Assembly (NCBI GenBank): GCA_963422205.2
Contig: CAXMWX010000001.1
Span: forward strand, 256,001 to 320,000
Source of the DNA: Gammaproteobacteria bacterium
Lineage (GTDB): Bacteria > Pseudomonadota > Gammaproteobacteria > Eutrophobiales > Eutrophobiaceae
DNA length: 64,000 nt
Reading direction: 5' to 3'
Shown here: piece by piece, positions 41,388 to 51,124 of the stretch
Layout: each line of letters opens with the position of its first letter
Numbering within the stretch: the stretch's first letter is position 1
The notes under the pieces: model-generated
Databases searched by the model: none
Seen by the model: the letters and a program-made list of their open reading frames with translations, nothing else
Told to the model about the DNA's origin: nothing
Program-made: the position numbers and the translations under genes

Positions 41388-43235
41388 GTGAGCTACGTTT
41401 TGGGTAGTAGAGAAAATACACTGCTGATCGGGCTGTTAGTTATCCTCACAGTGGCCCCGGCACATGATACGGCCGCCGGCCCGCTGGGTTTGCCTGATGC
41501 GACCCGCCCGGGTGCTGTTCGCCCCGAAGAGCAGCCTGAGGGTCGGGCAGGACCGCCAGCCTCTGCTGCCGAGATGCCTGGTGAGGTCCCGGGCGAAGTT
41601 CTGGAAGTGCCTGCTGTGATTGACCGGCCATTTGAGGTCAATGAGGGGCCGACCATGATCGTCAGGCAATTCCGCTTGCTTGATGCCCGTGATCTGCCGG
41701 AGTTCGGCATCAAGCTGTCTGAGGTGCAGGCGCTGCTGGCACAGGAAAAACAAAAATACCCTGACGGCTTCACCATCGGCCAACTCCAGGAAGCCGCTGA
41801 TGCCGTGACCCGTTATTATCGGGAGAAAGGGCTGATCCTGGCACAGGCTGTGCTGCCGGTGCAGACCATCAGCGGCGGCCTGGTGGATTTGCAGATATAC
41901 GAGGGCAGGCTGGGTAATGTCCTCACGGAAGGGAATGTGGATTACAGTGATCTGATGTTACGGGCGCCCCTCAAGGGCTTGCTGGGTAAGCCGGTAACAA
42001 AAGATACCATCGAGACTGTCTTGTTATACTTAACTGACTTTCCGGGCCTGTCTGTGTTTGGCGTGTTCGTACCGGGCAAACAGGTAGGCACGGCCGACAT
42101 CGTGTTGAGGGTACAGGATGAGGATCGCCTGGATGTGGCCTTTCGGGCGGATAACCACGGCTTGCAGGAAACCGGCCGTATGCGCTGGCGCACCACGATT
42201 GACTGGAATAACCCCACGGGTGGGGCGGATAAATTCAGCACCACGATTCAGCAGACATACAATCCCAAAAATAATGTTTTTCTGTCGTTTGATTATCAAC
42301 GCTACCTGGCGCCCGGCTGGACGGCGGGCGGCTTTTGGCAGAAAAACCGCTTTACTGTCGGCGGTGAATTTGCCGATCTGAACATCACGGGTGAGACCAA
42401 ACTGATCGGCTTGTGGCTGGATAAGGCCTGGCGGCGCTCTCGTCAGTTTAATCTATCAACCCGCCTGGGCCTGACCAAGAAGGACTCGGACAGTCTCGCC
42501 AGAGGCTCTCAAACCAACCGTGATCGTCTGGCTGTCGCCTCGCTGGAGTTCAACATGGATCACGTTGATACACGTTTTAAGGGCATCAATTTTGGCACGC
42601 TGGAGTTCAGCCGGGGTTTCAATGATCTGTTCGGTGCCATGGGTTCAAGTGCCAGTGCGACCGCCCTGCCGGTCGGTGTCAGGCCCTCAAGACAAGCGGG
42701 TGATGGACGCTTTGCCTCCGGTCAGTTCTCCAAGGTGTTTCTCAGCGCCTCACGTCTGCAAACCCTGTGGAAGAATGCTTCGCTGCTGGGCCGGCTTGAG
42801 TATCAATGGACGGATGACTTTCTGTTATCGAGCGAGCAGTATTCGGTCGGTGGCCCGGATAATGTCCGGGCCTACTCACAGGCGCAGTTCCTGCTTGACC
42901 GGGCAGCGTTCTTATCGCTGGAGTATATCCAGAATATGCCGTTCATCACGGATGTGCCGGCATTTGGTAACCGCACCTGGGGCGAGTTGGTGCAGCTATC
43001 GCTGTTCTATGATCATGCTGTCGGTCGGCTGGAGAGGCCATTGCCTACGCAACAGCAGGGGTATATCAATTTTCGTGGGGCCGGTATACAGGCACGTTTC
43101 ACCTTGCCGGGCGTGCTCGAATCCCGTTTGATGTGGGCCTGGGAGTTATCCGGTCATGATGATCCTGAATCTCCCAAGACGCCAGCAAATGGCAGGAAGC
43201 CGCAGTTCTGGGGTGAATTGATTTACCGCTTTTAG
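41388..43235 (+). CDS. ShlB/FhaC/HecB (TpsB) outer-membrane secretion/activation protein
   Basis: Signal peptide, POTRA (LQEAADAVTRYYREKG..LAQAVLPVQ), DNHG..TGR, VGGPDNVRAY loop, terminal Phe. Confidence 0.88.
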   Translation: MSYVLGSRENTLLIGLLVILTVAPAHDTAAGPLGLPDATRPGAVRPEEQPEGRAGPPASAAEMPGEVPGEVLEVPAVIDRPFEVNEGPTMIVRQFRLLDARDLPEFGIKLSEVQALLAQEKQKYPDGFTIGQLQEAADAVTRYYREKGLILAQAVLPVQTISGGLVDLQIYEGRLGNVLTEGNVDYSDLMLRAPLKGLLGKPVTKDTIETVLLYLTDFPGLSVFGVFVPGKQVGTADIVLRVQDEDRLDVAFRADNHGLQETGRMRWRTTIDWNNPTGGADKFSTTIQQTYNPKNNVFLSFDYQRYLAPGWTAGGFWQKNRFTVGGEFADLNITGETKLIGLWLDKAWRRSRQFNLSTRLGLTKKDSDSLARGSQTNRDRLAVASLEFNMDHVDTRFKGINFGTLEFSRGFNDLFGAMGSSASATALPVGVRPSRQAGDGRFASGQFSKVFLSASRLQTLWKNASLLGRLEYQWTDDFLLSSEQYSVGGPDNVRAYSQAQFLLDRAAFLSLEYIQNMPFITDVPAFGNRTWGELVQLSLFYDHAVGRLERPLPTQQQGYINFRGAGIQARFTLPGVLESRLMWAWELSGHDDPESPKTPANGRKPQFWGELIYRF

Positions 43236-43347
43236 GCGGCATTTTATCGTGATGCTAAAAATCATTCCGGGCAGGTACGTGTATGATGCTGGTCATATTG
43301 TTTGTACCATGTTGCAACGTGATTACCCCTCAAGAATCAGTTAAGAC

Positions 43348-43926
43348 ATGAAAATGGCTATCAGGCAGATGAGTCTCATGACACTGGCTGGTGTGGTCAT
43401 GTTGTTACAGTCTGTCGTCCAGGCGGCGGCCGGTTTTGTGGATGTGGATGAGATCAAAGCCGTTGGCATTGAGCAGTTGATGTCTGAGATCTCGCTGATC
43501 GATACCATCGGCAAAGGTATATTGCTGGCTATCAGCCAGTGTGAGACTGACGAGGTTTGCCTTGGGCATGTTGACCGGGCGGAGGTGCAGCAGATGATCG
43601 AGGCGATCGATGATCGTGTCCAACTGCTTGGTGAGCGCAGAGAGGAGACTGGCGAGCCGGGGCTTGAGGATGTGCTGATTGCCTATGTTGAGCAGCGGGA
43701 AAATCTGACGAATTATCTTGAGAGAATCGATGTGATTGTGCCTGATGATGCCGAGGAGGATGTCGGCAATGACTTCTTTGGCATTACCACCACCAGCGTA
43801 TCTTCAATCGCTGAGCGCTATCGCATCTTCAATGACGTGGATGAGGCATTGGAAGATGAGGTGTTTCAACCTGACGATGAGGCGGCTGAGGCCGCTCAAG
43901 TGCCACAGGATAATGTGCCTGAATAA
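43348..43926 (+). CDS. Secreted, very acidic helical hypothetical protein
   Basis: Signal peptide ending VQA; CETDEVC cysteine pair; Asp/Glu-rich. Confidence 0.65.
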   Translation: MKMAIRQMSLMTLAGVVMLLQSVVQAAAGFVDVDEIKAVGIEQLMSEISLIDTIGKGILLAISQCETDEVCLGHVDRAEVQQMIEAIDDRVQLLGERREETGEPGLEDVLIAYVEQRENLTNYLERIDVIVPDDAEEDVGNDFFGITTTSVSSIAERYRIFNDVDEALEDEVFQPDDEAAEAAQVPQDNVPE

Positions 43927-44021
43927 TCATAAACAATCATGTCTGCCCGTATCATGATATTGCTGGAGAATCGTTTTAAGGCAAAGCACGCCATAAGCCG
44001 GTACGGCTGCACTGAACGAAG

Positions 44022-44771
44022 ATGACCATGAACACACTGCCGCTGTTTTACAAAAAAGTTGTGCCCGTCAATCAGGAGCAACATCGCCAACTGCGTATCA
44101 AGGCAGTTGATAATTATGGCTTTGCCCGCCAGACGAACAGCGTGTATATAGCGGCTGTTGAATTTTCTAGGGCATGTCAGCATTACCCGATAGTATTTGC
44201 AGAAGATAGCGCAGGGGCTGCCTTTCCGCTGGTGTTATTGGGCTTGCAGGCCAATCAGAACCTGTATGTGGATAGTCACGGTGCATGGAACGCTGGCTAT
44301 ATTCCCGCCTATGCCCGTCGTTATCCCTTCATTCTGGCGAGTCCGGCGGCAGACAGTGATCAGTTTACGGTGTGTATCGATGAGGGTTATGCCGGTTTTA
44401 CCACTGCCAAGCAAGGCCAGCCCTTGTTTGATGAGGCCGGCGAGCAGGCGGCCTCACTCAAGCAGGCCGTTGATTTTCTCAAAGAGTATCAGTCCCATGT
44501 CACGCTGACCCAACAGTTCTGTCAGCGATTGGCGGAGATAAGGGTGCTTGAGCCGATGCAGGCCAGTGTCAAAATGCACTCAGGCGAGGAGTTTAATCTC
44601 GCTGGTTTTACCTGTGTGAGCAGAGAGAAACTGAAGGCACTGGATGCCGAGCAGCTGGCCGCTTTGCTCAAAGCAGAGCAGCTGGAGTTGGTTTACGCCC
44701 ATTTATTATCGCTGCAAAATCTTGAGTTGCTGATGAGACGAATCGCTAAAGACAAAGACGCCACATCCTAG
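44022..44771 (+). CDS. SapC family protein
   Basis: LFYKKVVPVNQEQH, EFSRACQHYPIVF, YIPAYARRYPF, YAHLLSLQN. Confidence 0.85.
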   Translation: MTMNTLPLFYKKVVPVNQEQHRQLRIKAVDNYGFARQTNSVYIAAVEFSRACQHYPIVFAEDSAGAAFPLVLLGLQANQNLYVDSHGAWNAGYIPAYARRYPFILASPAADSDQFTVCIDEGYAGFTTAKQGQPLFDEAGEQAASLKQAVDFLKEYQSHVTLTQQFCQRLAEIRVLEPMQASVKMHSGEEFNLAGFTCVSREKLKALDAEQLAALLKAEQLELVYAHLLSLQNLELLMRRIAKDKDATS

Positions 44772-44847
44772 CAGGCAATAGAGCGAGTCCGGCGGCGGAT
44801 AGCACAGGCGCAACGGCAATGCCACATCCAGGTGCTAGTGGCCGGTG

Positions 44848-45387
44848 TTAATTGATTTTATTTGTGCTGCCGGTGCTCGGTGGGTTCTTGTCCTCTTCAC
44901 GAGGACCATATTTCTGGATCAATTCTGCTGATAATTTTTCTGCCTCCGCCAGCTCGGCGGGCGATAAAAAACGCTTTGCCTCCGCTAGAGCCTGGATGGA
45001 TTGCTTGTGTTTGAACGCTGCCCCGACACGATACCAGGCATAGGCATATTCATAGTCCTTTGGCAGGCCATTGCCTTGCAGATAAAGATTGCCCAGCTTG
45101 AACTGCGCTTGTTCGATATGCCGTTCGGCGGCCTTACGCAGCCATTTGGCCGCCTCGGTATAATCCTGTTCAATGCCTTGGCCGTTGAGATACATGACCC
45201 CCAGATAGTATTGTGCAAGGCCGGTATATTCATCGTTGGTGGTCTCGGAGAGCGAACGCAGGGTGGCATAGGCCCGCTCATACTCGCCCCGGTGAAACGC
45301 GACAACCGCCTGGCTGAAATCAGCGATTGCGGTTGTGCTTGATAATAAAAGCATGACTGATAACAGAACGTGATATTTTATCTGCAT
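44848..45387 (-). CDS. Secreted Sel1-repeat protein
   Basis: AQYYLGVMYLNGQGIEQDYTEAAKWLRKAAE, AQFKLGNLYLQGNG.PKDY..AYAWY. Confidence 0.85.
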   Translation of the reverse strand: MQIKYHVLLSVMLLLSSTTAIADFSQAVVAFHRGEYERAYATLRSLSETTNDEYTGLAQYYLGVMYLNGQGIEQDYTEAAKWLRKAAERHIEQAQFKLGNLYLQGNGLPKDYEYAYAWYRVGAAFKHKQSIQALAEAKRFLSPAELAEAEKLSAELIQKYGPREEDKNPPSTGSTNKIN

Positions 45388-45471
45388 GTCGTATGGTTGG
45401 GTTAAGCGTTGTTGTGTTAGGACTGCCGAGCTGCTGAATTGTTGCATGCGGGCGCTGAAATGTAAACATGG

Positions 45472-46102
45472 TGTATAAGTCCACCACTATATTGCACTTT
45501 TTGTTGTGCTGGATAGGGTTCGACAAGCTCACCAACCAAATGTACTGCACGGGTGTTTGTCATCCCAGCCCCTTGTGTGGCCTTAGCCCGTTATATTTGA
45601 CCAGTCAATCGGCCAATGGTCGAAGCACTGGGACAGGGCAATCCCCTGGCCTGACACCAGGATCTGAGCAGTACCTGACACTGCTCTTTATCCAGATTGG
45701 GCAGGTCTTGGCGCCGTTGGCGTATCTGCTGGATAACCGCTTGTGGTCAGCGGCGAGTGCGCTTCGGTGCTTTGGGGGTCGGACACAAGCCAGACAGTCC
45801 CCACTCGCGGTAGGCTTTGCGCCAGGCATACAGGGTACGGCGGCTCTGGTGGGTGAGCTTGTCGAACCACTGCCACTGTGGTCAAGGGCGGGTCAGGCCA
45901 TGCTTGTCCCAGAATCTAAGCACACTGACTTGCCTGCACGCAGCACGCAAGCAGGGACGCTGTGCGGCGATTTGATTATTCATGTCCGCCCTTATTGCAT
46001 GGCTGCCCGTGCGATAAAAGCCTTTTATTCGATACCCTATATGCTGATAGTGCTCTCGTTCTCTCTCTTACGAATAGGGCAATAGGTTTCTGGACTTATA
46101 CA
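45472..46102 (-). mobile_element. Internally deleted IS481-family element with both terminal inverted repeats and a dead transposase N-terminus
   Basis: Ends TGTATAAGTCCACCACTATATTGC / GCAATAGGTTTCTGGACTTATACA; minus frame reads LRFWDKHGL..SRRTLYAWRK..PKAPKRTR*..PNLDKE..PCPSASTIGRL with stops. Confidence 0.75.
45929..45955. repeat. 27-bp palindromic micro-element, in frame in the IS481 transposase remnant
   Basis: CTTGCCTGCACGCAGCACGCAAGCAGG; removal restores AQRLSVLRFW. Confidence 0.75.
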
Positions 46103-46103
46103 C

Positions 46104-46482
46104 TGCCATTAACGCTGAAAACCGCCATACGGTAACGCCCCGGGGCTGGAGCCACGAGCAGGACAACACCAAAACGGTTCGCAATGACCGCAACACAGAT
46201 AAGATCATTGTGCGTGAGTTTGGTTTTAACGACTACCAGCGCATAGACAATTACGATTTTTCACCGGCCTATAATTACTGGGAAAAAACGTCCGGGTACT
46301 GGGGCAAGGTCAGGGAACTCTGGTCGCAGCGTATCGCTGAAACAGGATTGATTAATCTGAAAACTGAAGTCGATGGCATGCCCATTATCGAAGCCACGTT
46401 TAAACAGGCGGCAGCTATTGAAGAGGGCAGAGCCCGGCCAACTCAGAAAGAGGGGGTTGACGTATCTCTCGACAAATGCTGA
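46104..46482 (+). pseudogene. 3' fragment of a conserved hypothetical gene (DUF6607-like), cut by the IS481 end
   Basis: Frame reads NRHTVTPRGWSHEQDNTK..VREFGFNDY..YWEKTSGYWGKVR with no start; begins at the IS terminus. Confidence 0.55.
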
Positions 46483-46531
46483 CATGAAGCGTGCTATGAT
46501 TGCATATTACAGCGTTAGGTACATATCTTTG

Positions 46532-48702
46532 CTATTTCAATTTTATCATCACTGAATCTGTTGGCATATTAAATTTCTCCATTATATTAGCCAGTCTCAA
46601 TATACAGGTTGGTGCAGGGATGTTAATGTGAATGAACAGCAAGTCATCATTCGGGTCTTTAACTTTATTCTTTGGTATTCCATCAAACGTTTTGTATTTA
46701 TTGTTGAAGTTCACATCTGTTCTTTCTCTTTCTTTCAGCACACTCCATTTTAAAATAGTTTCTTCCCTAATGAATAAATCACGTTGATTATCCATGATGA
46801 ATTCAAAATCAAAGTCCGGATTGTTTTTAATATACTTGAGAAATTGAATAAACACATCCTGCCACGATTTAACTTTAAATACTTGATCTTCTATTGTTAA
46901 TTCTCCAGGTTTATTTCCTTCAGCCATTTCACCAGCATCAGATTCTAATGGAGAAAAGGTAGATTTTTCGACAAGCCGGGTATTCCAATTTGACGCCTCC
47001 TTTAAATTTTCAGGTAACGGAAAGGCATTTAGCAACCAGTTAATCATATTGGATTGGTGTTCCAATATGCTCTGTTCGTTCCAATTTTCACGTTTAATTA
47101 TGTCCAATCTGTAATTAAGCGAAGAGGTTTCAATCTTTCTTTTCTTCTCCTCAAACGATTTATTTCCAATCTCGCTGTTAAATTCTGTAAGGATTAAATT
47201 ACCAATATTGTCTAAATAGGTTTTATGGATTTCTTCATGGTTTTCCCCTAATTCTGATTTCCATTTATCCTCAATCTTTTGAGGCATTATATGCTCAACG
47301 GTCACTTTTTTATTATTTTCTTCAATCTTGCCAAGAATCAATTTAGAGTACTTGCTAAGACCTTTGTAGAAATTCATTGTTTTTAAGTTGTTACTTAGCT
47401 CTGTATCGTTCGGAAGTCTGAGCCTGAAACTCATATTGGTTAACAACTCCAGCATTGATCGTTCACCACGAATGATTTTTGGTATTCTCTTACTTAACGT
47501 TACTATATAATTTTCCCCTTGCGTAAGTCCCAATATTCTTCTTCTGATAAGATAAGTTCTGATTGATTGTAATATGTCTATTAACGCGTCATCCCTCAGC
47601 ATAAGTTCATTCACCTCATACTGGTGATATTCTAATAATCCTAATACAAATGGTTTAAATGCTTCTGATTTAATATCGTGAAATATTATTCTAAGTAATT
47701 CCTTAATCTCCTTATCCTTGGTGTTGTCGGGAGATATAGTGTCAGATGAAACCTCTGTTATTATCGGCTTATAACATTTTACATATCTGATAATGTCATG
47801 TATAAAGTCATTATGCTTTCAAAACTTCCGTCTACAAAATCCTTAAATTGTTGATATAACTCCTTTGTGTTATTGTCGCTTACAACTTTTAATGGTGTTG
47901 CTTTCCTGTATTGAAGATAATCTCGAAAAAACTTTGATGTGTTTTCATTTAAAATTTCTTCAATTTTTGGATACCAGGTTTGTTCGTAAATATCAGATTG
48001 TTTTTCGCTTTCCATGTTAAGCAGTACAAAGTTTCTTACAAGGTCAGATAGTGTTAATGGTTTGCCAAGAGAATTGAGTGTTTCAAAAATGACTTGAGGG
48101 TCTTCACTTTTAAAAGGTCTTTCATCCAGAAATATAACCGCTACATTTATTCTTTGTATAGCAATAATATATTGGTCAAATTTGACTTCCAGATTATCTT
48201 TCTTCTTTTCACGGATGAGTTTTTTAAACAATTCATATGCTATTTTTATTGTGCCAGGGTCTGCTTTCGTACCATTTACCAATGATTTGTATGAATCCCA
48301 ATCTTTTGTAACTTGTTTGAGTTTTATTTTGTCTTGAAATGTTGACGAATTATTCGTTAGATAATTCTGATTGATAAAATCGCTCTTGTCTTGCTCTGTT
48401 TCTGCATCTCTTAAAGCAATTAGAAATATTAATGTGGTTGTTAGCCTTTGTTGACCATCCACAATCACAGATTTATTTGCGAACCCGGCCTTTTCATCTT
48501 TGATAACAAGTGTACCGAAAAAGTGTTCACGTTTGTCTTTTTGCTTTTTATTTAACTCTGAATCAATAATTCTTGCTACATCGCTAAAATATCTTTCAAT
48601 TTCAGGTTTACCCCAAGCGTAGGATCTTTGAAATGGAGGAATGAAGAATGAGGTTGCATTCTTAGCTAATACATCATTTATAGAGTGGCTTTCCGTCTTC
48701 AT
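46532..48702 (-). pseudogene. GmrSD-type (DUF262 + DUF1524/HNH) restriction endonuclease with one frameshift near 47815
   Basis: IPPFQRSYAW, DGQQRLTT, IFETLNSLG, EHIMPQ, NIGNL...NSEIGNKSF; alternate frame 47815-47614 bridges the two ORFs; AT-rich. Confidence 0.85.
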
Positions 48703-48832
48703 TTATATTTTATTTTTTCGTTTTGGTTATGACTAATGTCCAGACAAACTCACTGAGCCTATCCCTTCAAATGTATTCTAAATGTTACTGCCTCGTAAAT
48801 AGATTCGGTGTGCTCATGGGGCTTATCATCTG

Positions 48833-49620
48833 TTACCCCTCGTTGATTTTTTGTTTGAGGGCGTGGAGTTGTTCCAGGGACAAGCCGGTCATTTCAATAA
48901 TGACTTCATCGCTTTTTCCCTGCTGAATCCCGTTTATTGCTACCTGCTCAATTCCTTGCTCAATTCCTTCTTCCCTCGCCGTATCCAGGGAATTCTTTAA
49001 ATCCCGATAGTATTTCAGACTGTCTTCATAGTTATTGAGCTGCTGGATATTGAACCTGGCAATCTCTGCCGTCTCAAACAGTTGGTCAAAGATCCGCTCC
49101 CGCAGCTTTTCAGGGATGCGATCCAGTTTGTTGAGGTTTCTCAGGATGTAAAGCCACTTGTCAAACCGGCTCACCAACTCATCAAGGGTTTTGCTGAACT
49201 TGGGCATTTCAAGGTAAATGAAGGTCAGCTTGTCGTAGAACACCCGGCATGTCTCCTCATCCATTAATTTAACGTCATACCGGTACTTGTGCGGCTCGTT
49301 TGGCCTGTTCGCGGATGGAAAAGGTGGCGTAGTAGACGGTGCGGTCTTTGAAGAAATTCTGCTTGGTTTTTTTGAAGTTCGACGATAAAGCGTTCGCCGC
49401 GCTCATTGGTGCAGTACAGGTCGAAAATGGCCCTGCGGTTCATATCTTGGTCAAGGTGTTCGTTTTTGAGGTAGGTCAACTCGGTGATGTGCCCCTGTTC
49501 TTCTCGGAGGAGTTCGTTGAGGAAGTCCAGCAGTAGGGCTTTGTTGGGTTCTTCTCCAAAGAGCTTTTTGAACCCAAAGTCGGTGAAGGGGTTGACGTAT
49601 TTTTCGACAAATTCTGACAT
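48833..49620 (-). pseudogene. Rpn / PD-(D/E)XK nuclease family transposase, frameshifted and internally deleted
   Basis: YVNPFTDFGFKKLFGEE, AIFDLYC..GERFIVELQK, FIYLEMPKF, AREEGIEQGIEQ; extra A at 49367-49373 and a missing segment near 49300. Confidence 0.85.
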
Positions 49621-49685
49621 GGCGTTTTACGGCAAAGGTACGACATTCAAGATCAGATTTCAATCTCTGTAATTTGAAATCTTGG

Positions 49686-49814
49686 AAGTAACGGTCACGT
49701 GTATGAGTAATGTGGGAGATTATGAGATGAAAACTTATCCAGTTACACCAACTTCTGTACGAGCCACAAACGCTCGCAAACCACTGAAACCCGCATATAC
49801 TATACACATTAGCT
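49686..49814 (-). repeat. attC-like imperfect hairpin
   Basis: Arms GTGTATGAGTAATGTGGG (49699-49716) and CCCGCATATACTATACAC (49790-49807) pair with bulges; flanked by GCTAAT and GTTAC on the minus strand. Confidence 0.5.
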
Positions 49815-49828
49815 GTGCTTTTTTGTTT

Positions 49829-50414
49829 TATTCTCTATTTTCAATTTCTTCCTCTTCTTTCTCAATGTCTCTGGGGATTTCAAAATGTTTATTAATTCCC
49901 TATCTATCAATTATCCACGATACAAGTGTTTCTCGTCTTTGCTTACAACTCTCAGAAGTCCAATCTTCGAATTCGGCTATTTTACGTTCTTGTTTGATGT
50001 CAGAATTTGCGTAACAATGTCCTGTCCCAGAGTTTCCTTTTTTTCTATCAAAGTCAAAATTTAGATAGCCCAGCATTACTACGTTTCCCCGACCACAGGA
50101 AAACTCGGTAAGAAAACAACTCTAAGGCTTTTAGTAAATCAATATATTTCTCGAGGCTTATCTCACCTGCTACAACTCTTTTTCCGAACAGCAATCATTA
50201 ATGGTAAATAATTAGCGACATTACCCGTGTTTTTAATTTTAGTCAGCCATATAAATTCATTTTTTATTTCCGAATCTTCTAATGGCTTAATAATCGCAGA
50301 ATAATGCATAGAGATTTCTGCTAAACCAGAAGTGATGATTGAAATAAAATTCTGTGTATCCTCTTTGGTCTTTTGGGAGAAGTCTCTTAATGGAATAACA
50401 TCATTGGACTTAAA
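49829..50414 (-). pseudogene. C-terminal remnant of a second DUF262/DUF1524-type protein
   Basis: Minus strand reads ELFSYRVFLWSGKRSNAG and WTSESCKQRRETLVSWII; 5' end cut by an IS481 end; AT-rich. Confidence 0.5.
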
Positions 50415-50484
50415 ACCCTATATGCTGATATTGCGCTCGTTCTCTCCCTTAAGAATAGTGCAATATGTTTCTGAACTTATACAC
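50415..50484 (-). mobile_element. Isolated IS481 left end (70 bp)
   Basis: 63/70 identical to 46034-46103, same orientation, ends CTTATACAC. Confidence 0.85.
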
Positions 50485-50529
50485 CTCTCTCTACGAATGC
50501 CTTTGCTGGCACTAAGCCGCAGTTTGGCA

Positions 50530-50559
50530 CCTGTCTGCATGCGGACACGTACAGGCAGA
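50530..50559. repeat. 30-bp palindromic micro-element, in frame in the IS1595 transposase
   Basis: CCTGTCTGCATGCGGACACGTACAGGCAGA adds LPVRVRMQTG; removal gives FWAYAKLRL. Confidence 0.8.
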
Positions 50560-50740
50560 TAAGCCCAGAAGGGCTCCATGCCATGGATGTGACTGGGCTG
50601 GTTGGCAAACGCATTGGCCCCGTGCACAACCCGAAAGTGCCTGGCGTAGCCCATATTGACTAGGCCATGATCGCCGCGCCAATCCTCCGAATGAAGGACG
50701 CTCTCGGGCGCGACTTTTCCCCGGATCACCGCTGGCAGTG

Positions 50741-50767
50741 CCTGCCTGTGCGATGCACGCAGACAGG
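50741..50767. repeat. 27-bp palindromic micro-element, in frame in the IS1595 transposase
   Basis: CCTGCCTGTGCGATGCACGCAGACAGG adds 9 codons; removal gives PDARNATLPAVIRGKV. Confidence 0.85.
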
Positions 50768-51124
50768 TGGCGTTGCGGGCATCGGGCAGGATCTCCGTGA
50801 ACCGCTGCCCGTGGCGCTGGAGTAGACCAAAGACGAGGGTTTTCTGCTTGGCACCGCGACCGCGTTTGCCACGGATGCACTTCCGGCCAAAGCAGGATTC
50901 ATCGACTTCGACCGCGCCGACAAAGGGCGATTGTTGTTCGCAAAAATCCGCAATGCGCTGGCGCAGTTTGAGGGAAATCGGGTGTACCGAGCTCAGGCGG
51001 ATGCCGGTCAATCGGGCACTGTCGGAAACGGTCAACTCCAGGGCAAAACAGCGGATCAGTTGCCGAAATGTCCGCTCGGTGATTTAAGGAACGGATGGAA
51101 TGCCTGTTTTCCCTAGTCATTTCA

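Noticed and set aside
45468-46085. 205-aa plus-strand ORF
   Set aside because: It is the antisense shadow of the IS481 remnant and starts and ends within its terminal repeats
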